Shown here piece by piece: positions 17,082 to 25,970 of a stretch of 64,000 nt of DNA. Position 1 is the first letter of the stretch. Every line of letters starts with the position of its first letter. The DNA is taken from the NCBI GenBank assembly GCA_046565595.1, contig JBKHYG010000100.1, forward strand, positions 20,838 to 84,837, read 5' to 3'. Under the pieces are notes generated by a model. It was not told the DNA's origin, did not search any database, and worked only from the letters and a program-made list of their open reading frames with translations. This DNA is from Actinomycetota bacterium (lineage in GTDB: Bacteria > Actinomycetota > AC-67). The position numbers and the translations under genes are program-made.

Positions 17082-18503
17082 ATGGCGGAGCGTTCTTTCA
17101 AGGTACCCGATCTGGGTGAGGGACTCACCGAGGCCGAGATCGTCAACTGGCTCGTGAAGGTCGGCGATTCGGTCGAGTTGAACCAGCCCATCGTCGAGGT
17201 CGAGACCGAGAAGGCGATCGTCGAGGTCCCCTCACCGTTCGAAGGCAAGATCAAGGAACTCAAGGGCGAGGTTGGCGAGAAGGTTGAGGTCGGTTCGGTC
17301 TTCGTGATCTTCGAGGTCGAGGATTCTGACGACGACGATTCGCCGACCGAGGCTGGGAGCCGCAAGGAAGTGTTGGTCGGTTACGGACCCGAAGAGGGCG
17401 GCGGCAAGCGACGCAAGCAGCGCAAGATCGGCCGCCGCAAAGGCTCAGGTGACTCCGGTGAGTCGGGCGACTCCTCCGACTCATCCGATGCGGCTGGCTC
17501 GTCGACCACGACCGCGAAGCAGGAGACCAAGGAGGCGCCTGCCCCGGCCAAGAAGCGTGCTCACTCTAGCAACGGATCGGCGAAGGCTCTTGCAACCCCG
17601 CCGGTGCGGAAGATGGCTCGAGAACTCGGCGTTGATATCGACTCGCTGACCGGTTCAGGCCCCGACGGCCGAGTCACCCGTGAGGATGTCGAAGCCGCCG
17701 CGAAGGCGCCCGCGTCTGACGCCGCCTCTGCCCCCGCCGCTGCCTCGGCATCCTCGGCGCCCGCTGGCTCGACGGCTGCTCGCCGCCGGGTGGCCGATGG
17801 GCCCGAGGAGGAGAGGATCCCGGTGCGCGCGATCCGCCGTTCGATCGCCGAGAAGATGGTGCGCGCCAAACACACGATCCCTCATGTCACCGAGTGGCTC
17901 GAGGTGGATGCGACCGAACTCATGGCTGTGCGGGCGCAACTGAAGAGCGCACCCGAGGCGAAGGACATCAAGATCAGTCCGCTCGCGATCATCGCGAAGG
18001 CGTTCACGGCTGCGCTGCGCTCGTATCCGCTGATCAACGCTTCCTGGGATGACGACAGGACCGAGATCGTCATCCATCACCCGGTGCATCTCGGCATCGC
18101 AACCGATACCGATCGAGGCCTGCTGGTACCGGTCATCAAGGATGCCGACCAGCTCTCGATCCTCGAGATCTCGCAGGAGACTTCACGGTTGGCGGAACTG
18201 TCGCGCTCGGGGAAGATCGGGCCTGCGGATCTGACCGGTTCGACCGTCACCATCACGAACATCGGATCGTTCGGGATGCAGTCGGGGACGCCGATCATCA
18301 ACCATCCCGAGGCAGCCATCCTGGCGCCGGGAGCGATCGTCTCCAAGCCCTGGGTGGTCGATGGCAAGATCGAGGTTCGTCAGATCATGACGCTCGCGCT
18401 GGCGTTCGATCACCGCATGATCGACGGAGCGTATGCGGGACGGTTCCTTCGCCACCTGGGCGACCTGATCGAGTCACCTGCGCGACTCCTAGCTGCTCTC
18501 TGA
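17082..18503 (+). CDS. bkdC: Dihydrolipoamide acyltransferase E2 component (lipoyl domain, E3-binding domain, catalytic domain)
   Basis: N-terminal lipoyl domain (VEVETEKAIVEVPSPFEG, lipoyl-Lys), Ala/Pro-rich linkers, PSBD (ATPPVRKMARELGVDIDSLTGSGPDGRVTREDV), C-terminal CAT-like domain with DHRMIDGA catalytic His. Confidence 0.85.
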   Translation: MAERSFKVPDLGEGLTEAEIVNWLVKVGDSVELNQPIVEVETEKAIVEVPSPFEGKIKELKGEVGEKVEVGSVFVIFEVEDSDDDDSPTEAGSRKEVLVGYGPEEGGGKRRKQRKIGRRKGSGDSGESGDSSDSSDAAGSSTTTAKQETKEAPAPAKKRAHSSNGSAKALATPPVRKMARELGVDIDSLTGSGPDGRVTREDVEAAAKAPASDAASAPAAASASSAPAGSTAARRRVADGPEEERIPVRAIRRSIAEKMVRAKHTIPHVTEWLEVDATELMAVRAQLKSAPEAKDIKISPLAIIAKAFTAALRSYPLINASWDDDRTEIVIHHPVHLGIATDTDRGLLVPVIKDADQLSILEISQETSRLAELSRSGKIGPADLTGSTVTITNIGSFGMQSGTPIINHPEAAILAPGAIVSKPWVVDGKIEVRQIMTLALAFDHRMIDGAYAGRFLRHLGDLIESPARLLAAL

Positions 18504-18588
18504 TCGAGCCTGCCCTTTCTCCGGGTCCTCCGACTTCCAGGTCCTGCCAAGGGTTCCTTATGTCCCATCATGCGGCTATAAAGGTGGC

Positions 18589-19539
18589 ATGCCCAAGCAG
18601 GGATGGTTCAGCGAACTCTTCGTCGAGTTCCATCCTCGCCTCGTCTCCTATCTGAAGCGGTTCGTCAACGCAGAGGACGCTGCGGACATCTCGATGCAGG
18701 TGTTCGTCCGCCTGCTCGAGCAACCCGGGTTCGATGATTCGCGGCCCCCTTGGCCATACTTGAGGACCATCGCGCGCAATCTCGCGTACGACCATCTTCG
18801 CCGAGAGAGGGCAACTCCGATGGTAAGGCACGGAGTCTCTGAGGTCGATCCCGGGGGGCTGGTTGCAGACCGCCTCGATCTTCGACGGGCGATGGCGCAC
18901 CTTCCAGAGTCCGAGGCTTCGGTGTTGCGGTCGGTCGCCGACGGCTACAAGCCTGCAGAGATCGCGCGCACACTCGGCCGAACCCCGCATGCGGTTACAT
19001 GCATGCTGTCTCGGACACGCCTGAAGCTGCGTGCGCTGCTCGAGCCGATCACCATCCCGCTGGTCGCTTGGTGGTACCGCCGCCGACCGGGCACGGCTGG
19101 TGGTCCCGTACCTGGGGTCGAGTTCGCCGTGACCGCGCTGGTCGTCGCCGGTGCTGTCGTCATCGCCCCGCTCTTGCCGGGCGTTGACCCTCCGAGTGTT
19201 CGGCTGATCGAAGCCTCAAGTTCGGGTCCTGTGATGCCAGATGCCATGCCTCGACGGATCAACAGCACCTCAGCAGCCAAGAACTCCACCATCGCCGCCG
19301 AACCCGGCGAGCAGCCGGGCCATGATCCGATCGTCATCACTCAGCGTCACGAATTCGAGAAGGACGAGAAGGCGATGATGCCACGACGCATCTGGTTCGA
19401 GTACTGGGTCCGGGACGGCGAAGGCAACAACATCTACGGATCTGAGTTCTGGACCGGATGTGAGACCGGCGAACCTGCAGAGGGATATCCCACGATCGAG
19501 TGGTACGAGATCATCCCCTACTTCGAGTCGACCTGTTAG
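18589..19539 (+). CDS. ECF-type sigma-70 family sigma factor fused to a transmembrane helix and a ~120-aa extracytoplasmic C-terminal domain
   Basis: Region 2 (FVRLLEQPGFDDSRPPWPYLRTIARNLAYDHLRRE) and region 4 HTH (LPESEASVLRSVADGYKPAEIARTLGRTPHAVTCMLSRTRLKLRAL); then TM segment FAVTALVVAGAVVIAPLL and C-terminal domain ending ...GYPTIEWYEIIPYFESTC with no recognizable motif; no separate anti-sigma gene downstream. Confidence 0.7.
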   Translation: MPKQGWFSELFVEFHPRLVSYLKRFVNAEDAADISMQVFVRLLEQPGFDDSRPPWPYLRTIARNLAYDHLRRERATPMVRHGVSEVDPGGLVADRLDLRRAMAHLPESEASVLRSVADGYKPAEIARTLGRTPHAVTCMLSRTRLKLRALLEPITIPLVAWWYRRRPGTAGGPVPGVEFAVTALVVAGAVVIAPLLPGVDPPSVRLIEASSSGPVMPDAMPRRINSTSAAKNSTIAAEPGEQPGHDPIVITQRHEFEKDEKAMMPRRIWFEYWVRDGEGNNIYGSEFWTGCETGEPAEGYPTIEWYEIIPYFESTC

Positions 19540-19907
19540 ATCCAGGGCAGGACGAGGCCCCAGCAAGCCGAGTAGCTGAGTACATACTCGCATTTCCCGA
19601 CCGGCACCGAGCTGGACAACGGGCCGGGGGGAACGGGGCTACAGCGTCCAGCACCACCCCTACCAAGTAGGGGCACATCCCAAGACGCCGAAACGCAGGG
19701 CGGATAGGCCTCTGCTGGCGTGAAGGAGAGCGATGCCAACATCAGGGAGGCGAGCAAGAACCCGGAATTCCGGGGTTCTGTTCGCCGGCCGCGGCGAACA
19801 GCCCGCCTCCCTGAAGAACGCACCTACAGATAGGTACGAACCAGGGGGCGGAACCTCTCACCGGTTGGCAGGAGAAGTTTCCCGGCAGCAACTCTCTCGG
19901 GCTAGAC

Positions 19908-20010
19908 GCCCGAGAACCAGGCGGCCGGCTAAGAGTGGTGTGGCCCCCGAACCAGCGGCGGCTAAGAGTCGTGTGGGCCCCGAACCAGCGGGCGGCTAAG
20001 AGAAGCTGAC
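19908..20010. repeat. Three tandem imperfect ~34-bp direct repeats; the last copy supplies the final codons and stop of purM
   Basis: GCCCGAGAACCAGGCGGCCGGCTAAGAGTGGTGTGG / CCCCCGAACCAGCGGCGGCTAAGAGTCGTGTGG / GCCCCGAACCAGCGGGCGGCTAAGAGAAGCTGAC; core CCCGA(G)AACCAG(G)CGG..GGCTAAGAG. Confidence 0.7.
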
Positions 20011-21021
20011 GCCGGAGCCAGCGGTCACAGAGCCGACCTGGACGGCGGTCTCGCCGTGTGCGTTCGCGAGCGCCAGTGCGTCGTCCACCCGGTCGGACGG
20101 CACGACGAGCATCATCCCGAGCCCTCGGTTGAAGACTCGCCACGCCTCATCCGGTTCGATCTGGCCAAGCCTCTCTAGGTATCCGAAGATGGGTTCCCGC
20201 TTCCAGGCGGACGGATCGACGCTGGCTCCAAGACCTTCGGGCAGGACCCGGGGCAGGTTGCCAGTTATGCCGCCACCGGTGATGTGCGCAGCCGCATGAG
20301 TCAGGCTTTCTCTGGCCAGCGCCAGCACGGCGGGTGAATGGATGCGACATGGGGTCAGCAGTACCTCGCCAAGCGTGCGAGGCTCAGCCTCATCGAAACG
20401 ATCCTCGAGAACGAGATCATGATCGAGGATGAGTTTGCGGACCAGCGAGTAGCCGTTGGCATGCAGGCCGCTTGAGGCGAAGCCGATGATCGCATCACCT
20501 TCGCGCACCCGGTGCGCACCGAGCCGCGAGTCCTCATCCACGACTCCGACGCAGAAGGTTGCCAGGTCGTACTCGTCGATGTCCATGACACCGGGGTGTT
20601 CCGCCGTTTCGCCTCCGAGCAGAGCAGCGCCAGCCTGCCGGCAGCCTTCCGCGACCCCGGACACCAGGTCGGCGATCTTGCTCGGGATGACCTTCCCGAT
20701 GGCGATGTAGTCGAGGACGAACAGCGGCTCGGCGCCCTCGCAGACGACATCGTCTACGACCATCGCGACCGCGTCGATACCGATCGTGTCATGAACATCC
20801 AGCGTCTGGGCGATGAGCGTCTTCGTGCCTACACCGTCGGTACCTGACACCAGGATCGGCTTGCTCAGGTTCGCGAAACGGCCGTCGAACAGGCCCGCGA
20901 AGCCGCCGAGATCGCCTCGCACCTCTGGTCTGGTGGCCGCGCCGATGCGTTCCTTGATGAGTTCGACCGCACGATCTCCAGCCTCGATCGAGACGCCAGC
21001 CTGCTCGTAGGTGGAACTCAT
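19996..21021 (-). CDS. purM: Phosphoribosylformylglycinamidine cyclo-ligase (AIR synthetase)
   Basis: Start at ATG 21021 (MSSTYEQAGVSIEAGD aligns with canonical PurM N-terminus); AIRS N and C domains throughout. Confidence 0.9.
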   Translation of the reverse strand: MSSTYEQAGVSIEAGDRAVELIKERIGAATRPEVRGDLGGFAGLFDGRFANLSKPILVSGTDGVGTKTLIAQTLDVHDTIGIDAVAMVVDDVVCEGAEPLFVLDYIAIGKVIPSKIADLVSGVAEGCRQAGAALLGGETAEHPGVMDIDEYDLATFCVGVVDEDSRLGAHRVREGDAIIGFASSGLHANGYSLVRKLILDHDLVLEDRFDEAEPRTLGEVLLTPCRIHSPAVLALARESLTHAAAHITGGGITGNLPRVLPEGLGASVDPSAWKREPIFGYLERLGQIEPDEAWRVFNRGLGMMLVVPSDRVDDALALANAHGETAVQVGSVTAGSGVSFS

Positions 21022-21029
21022 CCCACCCC

Positions 21030-22466
21030 TCACACCAGGCGGGGTTGGTCAGGGACCATCTCGAGCACCATCTTCGGATCGACCAACCCGCCAGCGGGAG
21101 GCTCGATCGGATAGATGCCGTCGAAGCATGCCCGGCAGAATCCGGTCGCGGCTTTGCCGGTCGCGCGCACCATCGCCTCAAGGGAGAGGTAGGCGAGCGA
21201 GTCCGCACCGGTGAAGGCGCCGATCTCTTCGACGCTTAAGTCACTAGCGATGAGTTCCTTGCGGGTAGCCATGTCTATCCCGTAGAAGCACGGCCATCTG
21301 ACCGGCGGGCTGGTGATGCGCAGATGCACCTCTGTAGCTCCAGCCTCGCGCAGCAGCTTCACGAGTTGGCGGGTCGTGTTGCCTCGAACGATCGAGTCGT
21401 CCACGACCACCAGACGCTTACCCTTCACCGCGTTTCGCAGCGGATTGAGTTTCAGACGGATGCCGAGCTGGCGCATCGTTTGGGAAGGTTGGATGAAGGT
21501 GCGTCCCACATAACGGTTCTTGACCAGACCGTCGCCGTAGGGGATACCGCTGGCCTCGCTGTAACCGGCTGCCGCGACCGGCCCGGTGTCGGGTACCCCG
21601 ATCACCAGATCCGCCTCGATCGGAGACTCTTCGGCGAGGATCCTGCCCATCTCGCGGCGGGTCTCGTGGACGGTCACACCCTCCAGGATGCTGTCTGGAC
21701 GCGCCAGGTACACATACTCGAAGATGCAGAGTTTCGGGGTCGGCTTGGCGTAGATGTGGCTGGTCAAGCCTTCGGGGCCGATGCCGACGATCTCGCCTGG
21801 TTCGACCTCACGCACGAACTGCGCGCCCATGATGTCCAGCGCGCAGGTCTCGCTGGCGACGACCCAGCCGCCGGCAGGCAGGCGCCCGATCGACAGCGGA
21901 CGCACACCGTGGGGATCGCGGAAAGCCCACAGTTGGCTCTCGTCCATGACGACCATGCTGAAGGCGCCCTTGAGTGTCGGGACGACTTCCAGCAGCGCCT
22001 CTTGAAGGCTCCCGTCATGTTGAGCGAGTAGGCCGCAGACCAGATCCGAGTCGGTGGTCGCGCGCACGCCCCCGAGCCGCTGTTCGCGAAGGCGTTCGGC
22101 CAACTCCAGCGTGTTGGTCAAGTTGCCGTTGTGGCCGAGCGCGATCCCCGAGTCGTTGCGCAAGATCGGCCGGTACGAAGGCTGAGCGTTCTCCCATGTG
22201 CTCGAGCCGGTGGTCGAGTAACGGGTGTGGGCGATGCCGAGACTGCCACGCAGCGCGTTGAGGCTGGATTCGTTGAAGACCTGACTGACCAGACCCGTGT
22301 CCTTGTACACGATGATCTGTTCACCGTCCGAGACAGCCATGCCCGCGGCCTCTTGTCCGCGATGCTGGAGGGCGTAGATACCGAAGTAGAGGAGCTTGGC
22401 GACCTCTTCGTCAGGTGCCCAGATCCCGACGACGCCACATTCTTCCTTGGGAGATTCGACGCCCAC
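21030..22466 (-). CDS. purF: Amidophosphoribosyltransferase
   Basis: N-terminal Ntn Cys after short propeptide (MGVESPKEECGVVGIWA), PRPP-binding motif VVVDDSIVRGNT, C-terminal CFDGIYP. Confidence 0.9.
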   Translation of the reverse strand: MGVESPKEECGVVGIWAPDEEVAKLLYFGIYALQHRGQEAAGMAVSDGEQIIVYKDTGLVSQVFNESSLNALRGSLGIAHTRYSTTGSSTWENAQPSYRPILRNDSGIALGHNGNLTNTLELAERLREQRLGGVRATTDSDLVCGLLAQHDGSLQEALLEVVPTLKGAFSMVVMDESQLWAFRDPHGVRPLSIGRLPAGGWVVASETCALDIMGAQFVREVEPGEIVGIGPEGLTSHIYAKPTPKLCIFEYVYLARPDSILEGVTVHETRREMGRILAEESPIEADLVIGVPDTGPVAAAGYSEASGIPYGDGLVKNRYVGRTFIQPSQTMRQLGIRLKLNPLRNAVKGKRLVVVDDSIVRGNTTRQLVKLLREAGATEVHLRITSPPVRWPCFYGIDMATRKELIASDLSVEEIGAFTGADSLAYLSLEAMVRATGKAATGFCRACFDGIYPIEPPAGGLVDPKMVLEMVPDQPRLV

Positions 22467-22547
22467 GACCGAGAGTGTACCGGGCCGGGCACGGCCCCGG
22501 AAGCCCGCACACCCGAGCCTCCTGGGGCCGCACGCGACCCGGTGTTT

Positions 22548-22760
22548 CTAGAAGACGAGATCCAGCACGAATCCGACGAAAGCTCCGGTCAAGAGCGCGA
22601 CCAGCAGGGGCGTGTATCCGCGGACGAGGCCGATGATCGCTAGGAGCAGGGCCACTACCGCTATAGCCACGATCTGCGGGAGACTCAGCATGAATCCGAG
22701 CAATACCCCGACCAGGAAGCCGACTACGGAGAGCAGATCGCTCTGGGTCCTGACAGCCAC
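22548..22760 (-). CDS. Small membrane protein (two TM helices), hypothetical
   Basis: 70-aa hydrophobic ORF between purF and the HTH/NTase cassette. Confidence 0.45.
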   Translation of the reverse strand: MAVRTQSDLLSVVGFLVGVLLGFMLSLPQIVAIAVVALLLAIIGLVRGYTPLLVALLTGAFVGFVLDLVF

Positions 22761-22876
22761 TTCGTCGTCCTTTCGCCTGGCGGCACATACCTGCGTGCCG
22801 ATCGGGGGAAGTTGTACCCCTGGCTATCGGACGCGAAACCGCCGTCGACCGCCTGATGAGGCGTACTCGTTGGGCG

Positions 22877-23410
22877 CTAGAACCCGGATTCTTCCCGTGC
22901 CCGGCCCCAGTCCTCCTGGCAGCCGAACTCTGCGACCCAACCCTCGATGAATCCAAGGTCCAGATCGCCTCCCATGGCGGTGAGGATGGATGCGACGGCG
23001 TCGATATCTCGGGCCCTGCCAGCGACGAGCTTCATGACGATCAGGGATTCGGGTGATAAGACCGGGATCTTCACCCGGCCGATCTTCGTTTGGACCTGCG
23101 ACTCGATCGCGGATCGTTCGAACGGGGTGCCGGCGATGATGGCGTCCACGCGTGGATACCCCTCGCGGTGCATCCGCAACTGACCGCCCTGCTTCCAGTA
23201 GGACTCGACGGTCCATCCGTCTGCCTCTGCTGCCGCGACCAGGCGCTGCAGATCCGGGGGATCGAGGATGACTGCGAAGTCGACATCTTCGGTGGCGCGT
23301 ACCTCGTCTCGGTAGAGGTTCGCCGCCAGCCCCCCAGCCAACGCGTGAGGGACCTTCTCTCGCTCGAAGAGTTTGTGAACGACAAGGATGGTCGCGACCA
23401 GGTCAGGCAT
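22877..23410 (-). CDS. Minimal polymerase-beta superfamily nucleotidyltransferase (Lnu/ANT-like or TA-toxin-like)
   Basis: NTase signature hG[GS]x9-13DhD: HALAGGLAANLYRDEVRATEDVDFAV; 177 aa; start overlaps upstream HTH gene by 8 nt. Confidence 0.6.
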   Translation of the reverse strand: MPDLVATILVVHKLFEREKVPHALAGGLAANLYRDEVRATEDVDFAVILDPPDLQRLVAAAEADGWTVESYWKQGGQLRMHREGYPRVDAIIAGTPFERSAIESQVQTKIGRVKIPVLSPESLIVMKLVAGRARDIDAVASILTAMGGDLDLGFIEGWVAEFGCQEDWGRAREESGF

Positions 23411-23756
23411 CTAGGGCATCCTTGAGCGCACGCTGTTCGGCGTTCAGTCGCTCGGTCTCCTTCAACCGCGTCGAAGCGTCGAAAGGGAAGCCTGCGGTTC
23501 TCGGTTTGCGAACCAGCAACGCCGTACGCCGCAGGACCCTGATCGATCCCGTGATCCCGATCTGTTCGATCAGATCCTCCAGCTCGCCGCGGCCTTGCTC
23601 GAGTTGCTTGAGCCTTCCGGCCGCAGAGGGCCTGGGTCGAGAGACCCCGCGTTCCCAGCGTGACACGGTGACGGCGTCGGTTCCAAGGACACCGGCGAGA
23701 TCGGATTGAGTCCAACCGTTGGCTCGGCGGAGGCGTCGGATCCTCGAAGGCTTCAC
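23403..23756 (-). CDS. XRE-family helix-turn-helix transcriptional regulator
   Basis: N-terminal HTH: IRRLRRANGWTQSDLAGVLGTDAVTVSRWERGVSRP; 117 aa; translationally coupled to downstream NTase. Confidence 0.65.
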   Translation of the reverse strand: MKPSRIRRLRRANGWTQSDLAGVLGTDAVTVSRWERGVSRPRPSAAGRLKQLEQGRGELEDLIEQIGITGSIRVLRRTALLVRKPRTAGFPFDASTRLKETERLNAEQRALKDALDA

Positions 23757-23780
23757 TAGGCTTTAGCCTAGCACGATGCT

Positions 23781-25730
23781 TCAGTCGTCGGGACCCTTGG
23801 CTGCCCGCTCGGCGATCTCGGCGACGATCCCTGGGTCTGCCAGCGTGGTGACATCTCCCAGGGCCCGTTCTTCGGCCACATCACGCAAGAGTCGGCGCAT
23901 GATCTTTCCGCTACGGGTCTTGGGTAGATCAGGGGTGAACATCACCTGCGCCGGGCGTGCGATCTTGCCGATCTTGTTCGCGACATGATCGCGAAGCGTT
24001 GCGGTGAGTTCCTCGGAGGGCTCCACCCCGGCCCTCGGGATGACATAGGCGAAGATCGCTTGGCCGGTGAGTTGGTCGGTCTTGCCGACCACCGCTGCCT
24101 CCGCGACGCTCGGGTGATCAACGAGCGCGCTCTCGACCTCGGCTGTCGAGATCCGGTGGCCGCTTACATTCATCACATCGTCTACTCGGCCCATGAACCA
24201 GTAGTCGCCGTCTGCGTCCTGTCTGGTCCCGTCGCCGGGGAAGTAACGGCCGGGGAACTTCGACCAGTAGGTGTCCTTGTAGCGCTCCGGATCTCCCCAG
24301 ATGCCTCGCAACATCGACGGCCACGGATGCGTCAGCGTGATGTAGCCGCCGCCTGTTCCAGGCTCGATCCTGTTGCCGTCGTCGTCGACGATCTCAGCTC
24401 GGATGCCAGGCAACGGCCCGTTACAGCTCCCCGGCTTCAAGGTCGAGATGCCGGGCAGCGGAGAGAGCATGATGCTGCCGGTCTCGGTCTGCCACCATGT
24501 GTCGACGATCGGACACCGCGAACCGCCGATGTGTTCGTAGTACCACATCCACGCTTCGGGGTTGATCGGCTCGCCGACGCTTCCAAGGAGACGCAGGCTG
24601 GACAGGTCGTGTTTGGCGGGATACTCGGGCCCCCACTTCATGAAGGCGCGGATGGCGGTGGGTGCGGTGTAGAGGATGGTCGCGCGATACTTCTCGACGA
24701 TCGACCAGAAACGATCCTTGTCGGGGAAGTCAGGTGTTCCTTCGTAGAGGATGCCGGTCGTGTGGTTGGCGAGCGGACCGTAGACGATGTAGGTGTGCCC
24801 GGTGACCCATCCGCAGTCGGCGGCGCACCAGTAGATGTCGTCGGGCTTGATGTCGAAGACGAGCCTGTGAGTGGTAGCCGCTCCGACCAGATACCCGCCG
24901 GTTGTATGCAAGATGCCCTTGGGTTTGGCGGTCGTTCCGCTCGTGTAGAGGATGTAGAGCGGATCCTCTGAGTCCATGATCTCGGGTTCGCAGGTGTCGG
25001 GCTGTTCAGCGACCAGATCGTGGTACCAGTGGTCGCGTTCGCCGTTCCACTTGATCTCTTGGCCGGTACGTCGAACGACGATGCAATGCTTGATCGAGTC
25101 CGAACTGTCGCACGCTTCGTCAGCCGACGGTTTCAACGGCGTGATCTGACCACGCCGATTGCCTCCGTCGGCTGTGATACACGCGACCGCCTCTGCATCT
25201 TGGATCCGGTCAGCCAGAGCGTCCGCGCTGAAGCCGCCGAAGACAACCGAGTGGATCGCTCCGATCCGGGCGCATGCAAGCATGGAGATCGGTAGCTCTG
25301 GGATCATCGGCAGATAGATCGCGACGCGATCCCCCTTCTCGACGCCGAGCGCTCTGAGCGCGTTCGCCAGCCGCGATACATCTGCCAAGAGGTCGGTGTA
25401 GGTGATGGTGCGTGTATCGCCCGGCTCGCCTTCGAAGTGGAATGCGACCTTGTCACCGCCGCCGGCCTCCACATGTCTGTCGAGACAGTTCACGGTCACA
25501 TTCAGCTTCCCGTCGATGAACCACTGGGCGAAGGGCTCGTCCCATCCGAGCACCTTCGACCAGGGCTGCATCCAGTCCAATGCTTGGGCTTGCTCTGCCC
25601 ACCAGGCGGGCGGATCGGCGTCAGCCAGCTGGTAGATGCTCGGGTCATTCGCGTTAGCGTGGGCTGCGAAGTCGGGAGGTGGGGGGAAGGTGCGATCTTC
25701 GGTGAACAGTGCGTCGATCCGGTCGGTCAT
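23781..25730 (-). CDS. acs: Acetyl-coenzyme A synthetase (acetate--CoA ligase)
   Basis: 649 aa; AMP-binding motif YTSGTTAKPKG, Acs-specific regions and C-terminal PKTRSGKIMRRLLR. Confidence 0.9.
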   Translation of the reverse strand: MTDRIDALFTEDRTFPPPPDFAAHANANDPSIYQLADADPPAWWAEQAQALDWMQPWSKVLGWDEPFAQWFIDGKLNVTVNCLDRHVEAGGGDKVAFHFEGEPGDTRTITYTDLLADVSRLANALRALGVEKGDRVAIYLPMIPELPISMLACARIGAIHSVVFGGFSADALADRIQDAEAVACITADGGNRRGQITPLKPSADEACDSSDSIKHCIVVRRTGQEIKWNGERDHWYHDLVAEQPDTCEPEIMDSEDPLYILYTSGTTAKPKGILHTTGGYLVGAATTHRLVFDIKPDDIYWCAADCGWVTGHTYIVYGPLANHTTGILYEGTPDFPDKDRFWSIVEKYRATILYTAPTAIRAFMKWGPEYPAKHDLSSLRLLGSVGEPINPEAWMWYYEHIGGSRCPIVDTWWQTETGSIMLSPLPGISTLKPGSCNGPLPGIRAEIVDDDGNRIEPGTGGGYITLTHPWPSMLRGIWGDPERYKDTYWSKFPGRYFPGDGTRQDADGDYWFMGRVDDVMNVSGHRISTAEVESALVDHPSVAEAAVVGKTDQLTGQAIFAYVIPRAGVEPSEELTATLRDHVANKIGKIARPAQVMFTPDLPKTRSGKIMRRLLRDVAEERALGDVTTLADPGIVAEIAERAAKGPDD

Positions 25731-25786
25731 GGCTCTCCTCCTGGTCGCCCATGGTAGGCCGGGGGCGTCGCGGATGGCCAGAACCG

Positions 25787-25817
25787 CAGGAACCCGACCC
25801 TAAGGGCCGGGTTCCTG
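25787..25817. terminator. Perfect 10-bp-stem hairpin between purL 3' end and acs 5' end (terminator/attenuator candidate, no U-tract)
   Basis: CAGGAACCCG-ACCCTAAGGGC-CGGGTTCCTG; a second 8-bp hairpin TAGCGCGC-N14-GCGCGCTA lies at about 25869-25902. Confidence 0.35.
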
Positions 25818-25970
25818 AACCGGGTGCCGAACGATCGTGGCTGCGACCGTCCCCGTGGCGCCGCGTGCCGGTAGCGCGCAAGCCGGTGAGCTGGCGCGCG
25901 CTACGACAGGTTCCATCGTCATTGTTACCTACCGACTTTAGGAAGTCATGGCCAGATGTTCAGCGGGCTG

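Noticed and set aside
19540-19995. RNase P RNA, tmRNA or SRP RNA in the long intergenic region
   Set aside because: Searched both strands by eye for P4 motifs (GGAAAGUCCGG, ACAGAACCCGGCUUA), the tmRNA tRNA-like 3' end (GGGGGTTCGAATCCCCC...CCA) and the SRP GGAAGCAGCC motif; none present. The region is therefore left as an unclassified structured element.
19733-19999. 88-aa plus-strand ORF and 19742..20143 minus ORF in the intergenic region
   Set aside because: Low-complexity Arg/Pro/Ala translations generated by the tandem repeats; no RBS; overlapping purM 3' end.
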